This document shows positions 1 to 13,463 of a DNA stretch of 43,019 nt, piece after piece (within the stretch, counting starts at the first letter, position 1; every line of letters starts with the position of its first letter). Made by a program: the position numbers and the translations under genes. The stretch covers positions 62,001 through 105,019 of the forward strand of contig JAUGWO010000090.1 of the NCBI GenBank assembly GCA_049724395.1, written 5' to 3'. Origin of the DNA: Spongospora subterranea f. sp. subterranea (Eukaryota). The notes under the pieces were generated by a model that saw only the letters and a list, made by a program, of their open reading frames with translations, searched no databases and was not told where the DNA came from.

Positions 1-2359
1 CTTGTGAAAAAAACATCGCAATTACTCGACAACGATGATGGGATGCTGAACTATCGCACCCTTTCCAGCATTGTTTGGTCGATTGCTAAGACATATTCCA
101 ATAGCGCTCAGCAATCCGTCGTTGACGGTCTGTTCCGTCGCACTCTCAAATATATATCACCGATAACGCCGTCATTTGATGCTCGGGGAATCTCGCAAGT
201 AATGTGGTCTATGGCCGTTTTCAATTGTACAGATTCAGAGCTAGCTCAACGTCTGTGTGATGCCAGCTCTGCGTTATTGATATCAAAATCATTCAAGGCG
301 CAAGAACTTTCAATGTATGCTCTTGAGTTTTTCGCACAATGCATATGTAGTTGATCACCTTTTTGATTGAAGGCTTATCTGGAGCATTGCCACCTCGCGC
401 TTAAGCGTATCCCGCGACATGCTGTCGTTGATTTGCACTGCATGTAAGGGCTCCATTCGTTATTTTACTGGCCAAGGTCTTGCACAGGTTGCTTGGGCTG
501 TAGCTCGTTTGAACTTTCGTGATCCGACGCTAATGAACGCGATTGCGTCGCAAATTGAAACTGTTCAGGCTGATATTCAGGCTTTAGCTTCTCTTGTTTG
601 GGCATTCTCTACCCTCGATTTGGGCACTAATGCAATATATTCAAAACTCTCCTCGTTGGTATTGAAAGCGGATTTTACAGCTTCATCATTCCAAACGCTG
701 GGACAGTGCATTGATGGATTCAGCAAGTGGTCTAATGCTGAGCAAGTTTTGACAATTTTGTACGAGAACGTTGATGATGGCGCAATTGCTAAGATGTCTC
801 TCACTGAGCTGGTTCATATGATCTCATCCGTTGCTCAGACTGATAATATCAGTCCACGATTGCCTATAGCACTGAGCCAGCGCGTCGTTCAATGTTTACC
901 TGATATGGATGGAGAAGCTCTTGGTGTCTCGGCGTCCGCCCTAATTCGATTGAGCTCAAAAAAAATTATCAAGTTCACATCGGATGAAAGAAAGCGTATT
1001 CGCAGCGAAGTATCCAAATCAGTCAAAGTAGATGCTTTCCACCTGAATTGGAGGGCAATTGGATATATTGAGCTGCTAATCAGAAAAGTATGTGTCCGAG
1101 AATCACGCTGGTCGAAGAAGGCCGACGTGGATGAGCTTTCGGTCAATCTTTCCGAACGGTTCCGGTCTTTATCTGATCTGATTCGAAGCGCTGCTCATGC
1201 ACGGAATACGGTTCCTGGAAAAAGTCTCGCCGCCATGCGGCCGCGACCCACAGCAGGATTGAAGGCTGGCTCACATATTCTGATTTTGGGTAATGATCCT
1301 GAGAACCATTTGCAATTGTGTGGCAAACACCATGGACGGTATTTGATTACCCATTGGAATCGATCGCTCAGTCGTTTTTCCTCCACAACGCCATCTACCT
1401 GGATCGATGATGATTATTTCTATGATGGATGCATCATTCGATTTCCATACAGTATTGGTAACCTGGCCTGGTCAAAAATTTCGGATCACATCACTCACCG
1501 GTTTTTAGGGGAATTTGCAATGCTGATCTCGTTAGCAGCTTCGAAACTGACCTCGGGATCTTTAGTTTGGATAGTTGGTCTTCCTGAGGAAGGGGTTGAT
1601 GGTGTTGCCGCCAAACGAGCCCTTTCTCCTTTGTTTACTGAGATTACGCCAATGATATCTACGGATGTGGTCATCATCAAAGCGACACGGGCAGAAACAA
1701 CGACGGCGAAGTCCCAGTTTCAAGATTGGATTACGACTACAACTCTGCAATTTGATAGCCATGGTTCCAGGCACTGGCATGTCGCTCCTGGTATGTTTGC
1801 GAATGGTGGTTTGGATGTAATGACCGCCTCTCTATTACCGCTTATCCAAATGCCTGTCAAGCATAGGGCGCGTGTTTTAGACTTTGGCTGTGGTTCTGGA
1901 GTTATATCCTCGTTTTTGCTGGAAAAGCGTCCTGATCTCCGGATAACCATGGTAGATTGTGATGCGGTGGCCATTCACGTTGCTAAGGTCAACGTCCCTA
2001 ATGCGCATGAATATCATATTGCGGATGGATGGCCCAAAACAACAGCATCGTACCGTTATCATATGATTGTGTCGAATCCGCCATTCCATTCTGGGCAACC
2101 AGATGATTTCTCCATCGTCCAAGAACTGATTGATGGAGCGAGTTGTCGCCTTCGCTCGTCTGGAGTCCTCTATATTGTTAGCCAGGAGCAGATCCCAATC
2201 GGTCGTATGTTTGCGATTTCAACTTCAAAATATCACTCGGTACATGTTATGCCCTCAACGGATCCACGGTTTGTTGTCTGGATTGCAACAACATCGTCCT
2301 CAGGGGATTCGACGGAAAATGATTCTCATCAAGCGAAGAGAAGGAAAATTCTTCAATAG
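1..2359 (+). CDS. OPR/RAP-like helical-repeat protein fused to an RsmC-type (MTS family) class I SAM-dependent rRNA methyltransferase; 5' end lies outside the window
   Basis: ORFs 4..354 and 419..2359 join in frame through GT-AG intron 315..372. A probable in-frame intron lies at 1458..1508. N-terminal ~38-aa repeats: FDARGISQVMWSMA, FKAQELSMLIWSIA, FTGQGLAQVAWAVARL, ADIQALASLVWAFSTL. C-terminal RsmC-like motifs: PGMFANGGLDVMTASLL, VLDFGCGSG, IVSNPPFH. Confidence 0.8.
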
Positions 2360-3318
2360 CATATTTAATTTTTTGCTTTGTATCATAATCCAATACTCAA
2401 CCTCACTCTGATAGTTAACCCATTCCTGCAAGTAAACTATTGTCACTTTTTGATTCAGTTATGTGATTGTTTTTCCGATGTCAGAAGAACGATCTCGTAC
2501 AGTTTAGGTTATGTTTTAACAAACCGGCATCAGCGGAAGCTGCCGTTCTTTGCGGCAACCGACCCTGATATGAGTATACACGAGTTAGTGATATCGTGAT
2601 GCGACGCGATATGTTAGTGCTGCAGACATATATTCTAACCAGATCACCGATGTTCAGCTGGTGATTACACAACGGGATCGTAATGCGCATTCACAATGAT
2701 CAATAACAGTATATTCACAGGTGATCAGGAGACATCCAGGTGCGTCAGATCACCTGACTGTGGATCTATGTTACAAGCGTGTATTGCAACACGCAGTGAT
2801 AACGTGACGTGACGACACTTGAATGTGCATCGGCGAGGTGTGTGTAACGTAGTGATGTCGTGACAGGCACGCGTGGAGAAGGAGTATTACGGAAACGTGA
2901 TCAGAGTCAAAGGCTGGGGGTGTGCGAGTCACGTGTGGCATTGTTTATAATCATCATCGAAAGTCCGGTTCGGTACGAAGATGCACCCTGCAGAACCATC
3001 AAACATATCGCAGCAACTCCTTCACCACACTCTCGATGCATCAGTAACATATCCTCACGACTGATTCAGGGCAAGTTAGCCAACAGTTACTTTGTAGTTA
3101 TGGTCTAGGCATCAGGAGATCGAAGACGAATTCTATTCTAGCATCGGTCATTCGTTTGATTACCAGCCGGATCTTGTTAGTGCGATCCCAATCGAACGAG
3201 GCATCGGGTTTGATCCGAATCTAATCGAAGAAGGAACACCTGGTATTGCAGCAAAGCATGACGTTCGAGTAAGAATGACAACCTACTCAGTAATCAAATA
3301 TTTATGTTAGTTTCACAG

Positions 3319-3826
3319 ATGAAACCAGAGCTAACAGCAATAAATGAAGTACACAATAACACCGAAGTCACAGCGGGGTTGAAGACTCTCCCTGCTGCGC
3401 AGCACGATGAGGACGAAGTCGAGCGTTGTTTCACTGGCGACAAACGAGGCAATTCTGACGATATAAACATGGCAATGAATAGTTGCTTATCCGCCAAGGC
3501 GTATTGGTCGCAAACAATAGCGGAAGGAGACCGCCATTTTTCCACACTACAAGAGGAAATCCAAAAAAGGATTACAAGGTCGTTTCTCCACCCTACCCCC
3601 GACTTTTTGTTAATTGGATCGATTAGAGATGCAAGATATAGTGCAAGCTTTAAATCAATTATATGTCGAGACGGTGCCGAGAATGGTAGAGCAACTTCGG
3701 GTAAAAGCGCAAACCGCAATAGAGGAAGGCGAAGCAAAAATTGCAGTGAGCTCTAAGCTATGCAAAACTTTACAAGAAGCGAATAATATTGCCAAGTCAT
3801 TCGAAGTAAACGCAGATATGGGATGA
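3319..3826 (+). CDS. Small hypothetical coiled-coil protein; exon structure unresolved
   Basis: The last exon EMQDIVQALNQLYVETVPRMVEQLRVKAQTAIEEGEAK looks helical and follows a plausible intron at 3579..3626. The upstream frame is ambiguous. Confidence 0.35.
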
Positions 3827-4034
3827 TACTCCTCCAGGGAAATCGCTGGCCCAGCGAGTATAAAGCATTTGATTGTACACTATTTAGGATTTTCAGATTG
3901 TCGTCATGTCCTGTAACTGGCAGTGTCATCATTGCGATTTCGCCAATCAAAACCCGAAGTAGTTTGATGCTAACCGCCACATAGCGGCTTGTCGCTGTCG
4001 CTGTTTGCTGATGGAGTCTAAAATATCATTTTCA

Positions 4035-4737
4035 ATGACGCCTGTTAAAACCATCCCTAGCGTGCGTATAAAGGTTCTTACAATGGGCGAAGGAGGAGCG
4101 GGAAAAAGCTGTCTGATAAAGCGATATTGCGAGAGAAAGGTGGATCTGCAGAAGCATCTTTTGACTGATGCGAACTAAAAGTTTGGAAGTTTGTCAGCAG
4201 ATATGTTGCGACGATTGGTGTTGATTATGGTGTCAAAGTTATCAAGCTGGGGTCAAATGAAATCAGCGTCAACTTCTGGGATCTCGCTGGTCATCCTGAA
4301 TTCTTTGATATTCGCAACGAGTTCTACAAAGACACCCAAGCGGTTCTGATCATTGCGATAGAATCGCCATTAGTGCTGATATACGAATTATGTTAGGCAT
4401 TGTTGACATTCGATGTGACCTCTAGGCAATCGTTCGAAAAGCTGGGGGCATGGCTGAAAGAATCAATACGTTTTGGAGCAAGACCAGAAGGAATCGCAAT
4501 CTGTGGGAATAAGACGGATTGTCCGACAAGAGCAGTGTCGACCACCGAGGCCAATGCATGGGCTGCGTCTAAAGGCTTAAAGTTAAGCGCCATCACTCCA
4601 AATAGTCTGATATTCACATATTCAAATCCAGGTATTTCGAGACATCGGCTAAAACTGGCGACAATGTTGATGCCGTCTTTGAATATTTATTTGAATCAGC
4701 AACCATGAGCGATAGACAACCTGGTAGTATACCGTAA
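4035..4737 (+). CDS. RJL: RJL-family Rab-like small GTPase (DNAJC27-like GTPase domain, no J domain)
   Basis: Exons 4035-4139, 4190-4342, 4397-4581 and 4632-4737 translate to RIKVLTMGEGGAGKSCLIKRYCERKFVSRYVATIGVDYGVK...WDLAGHPEFFDIRNEFYKDTQ...GNKTD...YFETSAKTG. The IKRYCE and RNEFYKD motifs and DxAGH are RJL signatures. Confidence 0.9.
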
Positions 4738-5369
4738 ATCATCAACCCATTACATTGTGATGAATCCATGTTTATCCACTTGAGCGTGTCTTTGAGTCTA
4801 TCGCGGAAGTACTTGCTTCACGCGCCGCTTGATCGCGAATACGTTCATATGCCTATATACGCACGCTTAGACTCATGCCCGAATATCTTTCGAGTTGAAT
4901 TTTACCTTGATCTTTTCTGGTGAATGGGCATATAACTGGGCCAGATTTACCACTACGAATCCGAACAGGATGGGAGAGCCGAAATAGATTAAAGCCCGTG
5001 TTCCACGATTCATGGTCATGCGTCTACAACTGTAGCGTTTACCGTTACATCATCCGCCTCAGATTTCAGTCGTGTTTAGGTGTATATACAGCGACTTGGA
5101 TATGAGGTAGAGTTGCGGTAGTACAGGGTAGTACAGAGTGAATCAACCTCGAAAAAAACACACAAGTGGTGAACGAATTTTGTGTTGGATATGTTACGTG
5201 CCAAGTCACAGAGGTTCGCGTCTTTGTCGCAATTCGCAACTTTGATTGGGTGTTACCCAGTTGCGTTTATTCTGGTCAGCTGCACGGTATCATACTCCGT
5301 GTCTTGAGCCTCAGTCTCATTAACTTCCGAGGTCGTTTATTGGCGGGATCCACGGGCGAGAACGAGGTC

Positions 5370-8300
5370 ATGTATCAATCTGTTGAGGACAGTCGGCAAT
5401 ATCGCCTCATTACCTTATCGAATGGGTTGAAAGCCGTTATAGTTTCTGACCCAGATACAGATAGAGTAAATATTACAGTTATCATTACTATTTTTGTGTC
5501 CGATTTCGGGAATTGTTAGAATCAGCCGAATGATTTCACGATGCACGAACGCGAACTTATAAGATCGGTCGAATTCTTTTAGGAAGCAGCCGCAATGGAA
5601 GTTGGTGTTGGGCATTTTTCAGATCCTGATGACTTACCCGGTTTAGCGCATTTCCTGGGTATGTTTAATTTTTTATCGCCTTTTCGATGCGATCCTACAA
5701 CTCTTCATTGTATCAGAGCATATGCTGTTTCTTGGAACGGCGAAGTACCCGGACGAAAACTCATTTTCCCGGTTTTCTAAGCCAGCACTCTGGCAGCAGC
5801 AACGCGTAACTTCTATCTATGCTCTACTCTAAGCCAATTTATTTACGTTGGTTTATACAGGTATACTGCTAGCGAGAATACTTCTTATCACTTCGAGATT
5901 ATTCGTGGTTTTTTATCGGAAGCTCTGGATCGGTATGTCACATGATTTAGAAATGTTTGGCTCATGCTTTTGATGCCTGCCACAGGTTTGCACAGTTCTT
6001 TGTTCACCCACTTTTTACTGAAAGTGCCACTGATCGTGAATTGAAAGCGGTTGAAAATGAGCACCAAAAAAACTCCCAAAGTGATATGTGGCGCTTCTTT
6101 CAGTTATTGAAGAGCACCGCTAATCAAAAAGGCACACCGTTCACCAAATTTGGCACCGGGAATTATGAGACACTTTCTGTAATCCCAAAGCAACAAGGGA
6201 TTGACACTCGAACTGCGTTGTTGACGTTCTACAATCAATATTATTCCGCCAATCTCATGTACCTCTGTGTATTGGGTGCTGGTTAGAAACAAACGCAAGC
6301 GATAGTAGTGCAGTTCTGAATCTGTAACCAGGTTCTCTCGATGAGATCGAGGAACAAGTCAAAGCTTCTTTTTCCTCGATCGAAAATCGTGGTCTCACTG
6401 CACAGTTCTTCCCTGGTCCTGTCTTCGATGAAATTTCTTTTTGTGTATGTAAGGGCTGTTTAGTGAACGGTCAATTGTTTTCATTTTTCCTCAGAGGATG
6501 TACTACAAACTCCCTGTGAAAGACAACCGTTCAGTTCAACTAGTATGGGAGCTTCCATCCACAGAAGGTTTATACCGATTGAATCCATCCGGATTTCTAT
6601 CCCAGTACGTTTTCATTGTTCCAATGATACAGAATCACTGATATGGATATAGTCTGATTGGGCATGAGGCAGAGGGATCCATTCTATCGGCACTCAAATC
6701 CCGTTCGTGGGCAACAGGATTGTCATCAGGTCGGTCATCAAAATTGCATTCCATGTCTTATCCTGACCATTTTTAGGGGAGTCGTTCTCGGCGACTGGTT
6801 TCGCAATATTTACTGTTTCGATTGAAGTATCGATCAAAGGACTTGACCATGTCAATGATATAATCTCAATAGTGTTCGAGTACATTCGGTTATTGCAGCG
6901 TGCAGATAGCGATATATTGCAGCGATTATATCTCGAACGAAAGCAGATTGGAGAGATCAAATTTCGCTTCAAAGGCAAGGAACGCCCATCATCATTGTGC
7001 TCAGAACTATCCAGAAATTTGCACAAAGTCCGAGGTGAAGATGTGCTCTCCGCCCACTATCTTTATCACGATTTTGATGAGGCCACTGTCGGTATAATCG
7101 TAGTTTATCAGTGAAACTCTTTCAAAAAGGTTTTTAGATACGAACATTTGCCAGTTTTTTGACGCCAGAACGAGCCCGGTTTGAGGTCGAAAGTCAATCA
7201 TTTTCAGACAGATGCAATTCATCTGAAAAATGGTATGGTACTCTCTATCATGTTGATGTATTAGAGGAAAAAATTTTGCAATTATTTAACAGTAATCAAT
7301 CGCATTGAATCTGCGAGATCTTATCTTACGTTTATTTGTTTTAGAGGATACATGCTCGAATGAGCTCCACCTTCCGCGCCCTAACAATTTCATCGCATCG
7401 GATTTTCATATCAAAACTCCTATGAAAACAGCAGTATTTGATGAGGTTTTTCATGCGTTGATGCAAATTATTCAGCGCTAATATCACTTCAGGCCCCGCT
7501 TCTGGTTCAGGATGACGATCGGCTGAAGTTGTGGGTTAAGACCGACACTACGTTTGGGAAGCCTAAGTTAAATGTAATGGCGATGTTCTATTCCATCGAT
7601 GCCTATTGTAGCCCGCGATCTGCAGTAATGCTCGGAATTGGCTTTTTGAAATCATCCGAATTTACTAATATCTTTAGGTGTTATGTCAACTCTACTGCAA
7701 GCTCGTAACTGAGAGCCTCACTGAATTTTCATATAATGCTGAACTTGCCGGTATATAAGCTTTGTAGTACGCTAGTGATTCTCACCTTATACGATGTTTT
7801 CCCAGGTTTATCATTTGCATTGGATCCGAACCCTGCTGGTATTGAATTGCACGTTCGTGGCTACAATGAGAAACTTCATGTTCTGCTCGAGAGAATCATT
7901 GATCCCATGGCCAAGGCCGAGTTTGATCCAGCAAGGTTTGAGCTGATTCGAGAATCAGTGAAGCGCGCGTTCATCAATTTTGAATTGGAGCAGCCGTATC
8001 ACCATTCTTTGTATCACCAAGCTATGGCTACAGAACTGCCGAAATGGAGTACAACGTCTCGTATTGCTGAGATAGACAATATCTCTTTCGAAGATGTTCT
8101 TATATTTGCCCGTGTCTTACTTAGTCATGGCCATTGGGAAGTTCTTATTCACGGAAACACGCTTACAGAGGACGCGATTCGTATTGGTCAGCAATTAACA
8201 TTGCGCATTCCCTTGGCTCCTACTGTCAAGGTCCGTTCTGACCTACGAGTTGCCAAACTGCCGGCTCGTTTGGAAACGCTGCATACAAAGACGGTTCAGA

Positions 8301-9090
8301 ATCCCGATGAGATCAACTCATCGATTTTGGTGTATTTTCAAATCGGGCCGGACGAAGTCACAGTTCGGGCGAAACTGAGGCTTTTTGCTCACTTGATCAA
8401 TGAACCATGTTTCAATCGGCTCAGAACGATAGAGACTCTCGGCTATCTGGTGTTTTCTGGGTTGGGTTGCTGTGGGTTTCCTCGTTAAATTCATTGACAT
8501 GTCTCCTCAGAATGCAAGAACAGCGAGGGGTTCTCGGATTCAGGTTTATTGTCCAATCATCAGAGCATTCCCCGACTTATCTACATTCGCGAATCGCCGC
8601 ATTTGTTGTTGAATTTCGGGTACAGCTTCAAAATTTGAGCATTCTGTTTTGCCCTCTAACCTCAATCTATGATAGCAAATAGTTGCCATAATGAGCATAG
8701 AGGACTTCCAGAGCAATCTTATGGCTGTAATCGCGAACAGAAAGCAGAAAGATAAGACACTTTTTGAGGAAACCAAGCGTTTATGGGTAGAAATCGTCAT
8801 TTAATCAAATTTTCAGCATTTAATCTAGTGCGCAGGTACAAATTGCTCGACACCGCTATGAATTTACTGCCAGAACAAATGAAGCCAAAGAATTAAGCCT
8901 TTTGACAAAGGGGGACATGCTGAATTTTATCGACAACTACATTATGAGCGATGGGGAAGGTGTTCGCAGATTCAGCGCGCTGGTGTTTGGCTCCCAGCAC
9001 GACGACCAGTGTATACCAGTTGGCGGTTACGCCCTACAGGATTTCGATCAGTTCAAACGATCTCTGGATCTTTTCCCATGCCTTGAATAG
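5370..9090 (+). CDS. IDE: Insulin-degrading enzyme / STE23-like M16A metallopeptidase (multi-exon; one apparent +1 frameshift near 5770)
   Basis: Motifs DSRQYRLITLSNGL, VGVGHFSDPDDLPGLAHFL|EHMLFLGT (inverted zincin HxxEH split by an intron), DRELKAVENEHQKN, KFGTGNYETL, LIGHEAEGSI, EPCFNRLRTIETLGYLVFSG. The start codon is approximate. Confidence 0.93.
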
Positions 9091-9171
9091 TTAACAATGT
9101 TGTATAAATTCATTTCTTGCTAGAACCTAAATTCACAAACCGCGAGAATGACCCAAAGGTCTGGGTGTCGA

Positions 9172-10951
9172 TCAATAACCGAATTTTTCGTTGAGACGCG
9201 TTCGTCCATCGCCGGTCTGTTGGGACGGTGGAACCCATTCCTCCATGAACTGATCGCGATTTTCCAACGCAACATGAGCTGGTCGTTCGGGCCTCTTGAC
9301 TTCGGCTTTCTTAACAGGAATGACGAGACCACCTTTCCTCAACGCTTGATCGATACCATGCAGGGTATACGTATCGGAATCCGTCCTTACTGTTTCCGGT
9401 GCGATCGTCGTTTCCGGCTTCACCAACATCGATAAAATATTTTCAGGCGCAGACACGACCGTTTCTGCAATCGCGCTTGTTTTGGCGGTTGATTGTGGTA
9501 CAGGAAATTTGGGAGCAGATGGTGCAGGTTTGGCAGCAGGCTTTGGCGCAAGATTGGCCCAATCCGTGGACGCAACAAGATGAGAACCGGCCGGTGTCGC
9601 GATCTTGATCAGTTTCTCGAGACGTTGGCGCTGGTTGTTGAGAGTGGACAACTGCTCCGACAATCTTTGAAGCTCCTGACTGGAGCCGCCTTGGTTCATA
9701 TTGGTCATAAATTCATCCAGCGAATCGTGAGTCGACACACTTGGCTCATCTGTGGCCTTTCTGATCAGCTCGATTTGTTCTTGAACCGATATTTCTTGTT
9801 GTATAATCGTGTTTTGCTGCTTTCGCAACGAGTCAAGTGTTTCCACACGTTCAGCTTGCTTTCTCCGTTTAGCATCTTCTTTCTTGCTAATTGCCGTCCT
9901 ATCGTAGAAATCATCGTCTTCATCACTGTCTTTGCCGTTCTTTTTCCGTTTCACCTTCTTATTCACAGCTAATTTATCCGTTTTTGCTTTTCTGTGGCTA
10001 TTGCGCTTTTCCTTCAATCTTGCCATTAATCCCTCGGTTTGTTCATCGATGGCTTTCTGGAGCGAAGCGATTTGTTCCTGACATCTGGATTGAGCCGCCC
10101 GTTGTCCATTGGTCAGCGACCCATTGATGCTCTCTTTGGTTTGCAATATCTCAGCCTCGCTGGTAATGTGCTAGAACCGCAATATCAGTCAAAAGGCAAT
10201 TCAAATACGTCGACACATATATCCCCACCATCATTTTGACTCGTTTTTTGTTCAACCCTTCCACGATTTTCTGTTGTTTAGCGGTTAATGAGCTATGCTG
10301 CGATGAACCCATGATGAGGTAATCCTCGAAATCATCAATATCATCATCTTCTTCGTCCTCTGAAGGATAATCGCTCTCATCTCCATCGCTCCTGTGGTCG
10401 CCCTGGTTTTCTTCCTGCCTGACGGTCGGCGGTTTTGGCGCCAGCGGCGCGTGCAGCGTCTGCCATTCAGGCGGACGTAATCTTTCGGGCCCTTCGACAC
10501 AGTATAGTCGCGATGATTGCCCGAGCTGGACAACATCCCCAACCCGGAGTGGAAGGAATTGCCCTGGCGTTAGCACTTTCTTGTTGAGTTTAGTTCCATG
10601 AGTCGTGCCCATATCGTATATGAATACAGCTCCTGATGGTCCATGTTGAACGGCAATATGTTGCCGACTAAAAAACGCCAGCACACATCTCAGACCACGG
10701 AAGCAACGGTTAATACGGGAAACGATCATCGTGAACCTGATTGAAGGATGAAGAACATGCGCGTGGCATACATCAGGTTGACGACCCAATATTGTAAATG
10801 GGCGATTATCCAGATATACGGTCTCATCTTGGCCCAATGCGACCCCATCCCGGATCACCTCAAACCGCAGGCCATGGACTTCTTCGGGAACGGGAGCAGA
10901 CGACCATCTTGGTGGGATATAGGCGCCCAGCTTCCCAGCCTGTAGCGCCAT
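9172..10951 (-). CDS. SLC4A1AP: Kanadaptin-like FHA-domain protein
   Basis: N-terminal YIPPRWS, FHA motifs (ILGRQPDVC, HPSI..SRQH, YDMGTTHGTKLNK, LGQSSRLY), DSDEDDDFYDRT, DSLDEFM and LIKIATP. The C-terminus WVPPSQQTGDGRTRLNEKFGY is typical of kanadaptin. Two short introns. Confidence 0.88.
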
Positions 10952-11981
10952 ATGACCTAGGCTGGCCTCTTCGATGATTCCTCACTACCTGGACAGCACT
11001 CATTTGAAACATGATAAACCCCGTGGAGCAGCCTCCCTCAGTGTGTGCGTGTATCGCCAAACGGCCGACAGGTATCCTGCCGGGGGCGTTTCTCCCCAAC
11101 GACCTGGTCGTCAGCTGTTATGAGTGGGGGAACGACATTCTCCCCTGGCTGATCACGAGGTTTTCTTCCCGAACTGCTCAGTTTAAGTTGAACGAAGAAT
11201 CGCAGCAATAATGGTCGTAGTCACCGAATGTTCAACTTTCTGGATCAATCATAACCTAATCTCGTATTTCATGTGATTTCATTCAGTCGAAGCGACGAAC
11301 AAATATAATCTGATCTCCACCAATCGACATCGCTCTACATCCTTGATTATTTTCATGTTCTTCCGTCGGTCTCTCATCGAACCTAAACCCAGATTTGCTG
11401 GTGGAGCTGGCGTATCCCCAACCCAGTCGCGAATGTGGTGTCGTAGCGTCCCCCGAGAGTGTTCAGCAGTCAACCGACCGCCGTCCCTGCCGATTGTTGC
11501 AACCTGGACTCCAACTCCATCGTGTTTCTTAATCCGTCGCCAAAAGGTTGATGGACCGACGGCCGTACACGAAGAGGCAATCAAGGATGTGTAGCGCGAC
11601 GCGAACGCCTAATCGGTTGAGATCAGATTACCCTATCGTTTCTATAACTGTTTATTAAACCGGTGCTGTTGATCCGAAATGTCGATATCCCTGGCCAATG
11701 GCGATTAACCTATCGATCAATACCCGCCCCCCAATTGTGTCGTGTAAAATTATTGCACAGCACTGAATTATTGCATCAGGGGGTCGTCGTGGGGGTTTTG
11801 TCGGTATTGGACAATATCGGTTGAACGGTCCCCCGCTGGACTCCAAATATATCGCTCCCAGGGAGTGGATCACACAATAATTCATCTGATCAAATATTCC
11901 CAAATCCCTCAAATTCAAAGGAGTTTGTGTTTATCGTCATCGTTTTTAATGAATCTATTTATCACTCACAGACACGAGTTC

Positions 11982-13463
11982 CTATTTCTTTTTGCCCTTC
12001 TTCTTTCCGCCTCCTGCCTTCTTCCCTTTCTTGGCTTTGCCCGCCGATGCTTTCGCCATCGCCGTTTTCGCTTCCCATTCATCGGCGGCCTTCTTCTTCT
12101 CGGCATCGCGCTGTTTCGCCCGCGACGTTATCGACCTGTTCACCGCCTCGATATCGTATCTGAACACAGATCCGATCGTGGGCCGAGACCAGAACACATT
12201 TGGCAACATCGCCCACCTTCTTATGGATCCGATCAAATCGGCTGAAACCAGATAAGGTCCTTTATTGACCAATCCGGTTATTCCATAATCGTGACCGCAT
12301 AATCGATCCAAACAGGATCCGCTCACGATATCGAATATTCGAATCTGAACCACAACCGGCGACGGGATCAGAAAGCGGCGATCGCGGTTGGGGGTTATTC
12401 CCCGCCTGACCATCCTGTCGTCGCTGGCGCTGATCAGTCGGTGATCGTGGACGATGATGCGGTTGACCACGTCTTGATGCCCCGAATATCGTGACGCGAT
12501 CGCCCCCGATCGTATATCGTACGATGCTATCGCCGAATCGCCATGTGCCACATATATCAACTGATCGACCACCTGAAAATGCCTTTCCCATCGCCCCCAA
12601 GCTCAGAACCGCGTTTTTTCTCTCAGTTTCCCACTAAATGTTTCGCACCTGATTGGCGATCGGGCGCCGGCGCTCGTATGGATGATCGCTGAGCAATCCT
12701 TGGCCCTGACGTCGATTAGCCTCAACCGTGAGTCCCATCCGCCAATCCAGATCTGGTGTCTGGTCAACGGGTTTACGTCGAGATGGGTCAGCGGGCAACG
12801 ACACGCCGAATACTGATGCTGTTGACGCCCGCCGTCGTCGCCGATGTCGTGGATGGCCAGACCGCCATCGTGCCCACAGGAGTACAGGGTGTGGTCCACG
12901 GTCGCCAGACAGGTGACGTCGGCCAACGACATGGCGCCATGTACGCCACTGAGGAGACATGGCGTCAGAATCGGACACGGATGATCTGACGATTGGGACG
13001 ACCTAGGGCGGATTGACGATCGCTGACGGCCGTATTCGTCGAGAACGGCGATCGCCCCAGATGCGTCACCGATCACCCACCGGTCGCGGATGGCGACACA
13101 GGACGATATCCGAGCAGGATGGCGAATGGCCAGATCGCACTCGGCGGTGATCGCCCCGTCCGAGGCGATATCCCAGGAGCGGATCCGCCCCGATCGTGTA
13201 CAGGAATACACATTCCCATTGTGACCGTATTCATTGAGGGCGATCACACCGCTTTCGACGGAATCGACTTCACACCCGATATAATACGCCATCGCGTCCT
13301 GATCGGTCTCGTCGAACGCCGACAAGGTCGACGTGATCGTCGACTTGAACAGGTCGGATTCTCCGACCTGTTTGTCGTCGTCGTCATCGATGTCAAGATG
13401 GTTTTCAATATCGTCGCGATCCCGAATATCCTGACGATCACCGTTTATAATCGTCTCATCCAT
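11982..13463 (-). CDS. WD40-repeat protein with acidic N-terminus and Lys-rich C-terminal tail
   Basis: Two ORFs linked by introns. WD motifs: IRSWDI, LYSCGHDG, IWIGGWDSRLRLID, SGHQDVVN..LISASDD, LCGHDYGI. Tail AKKGKKAGGGKKKGKKK. Confidence 0.8.

Noticed and set aside
11011..11594. Possible small two-exon plus-strand gene
   Set aside because: No recognisable motifs and no splice model I can support.
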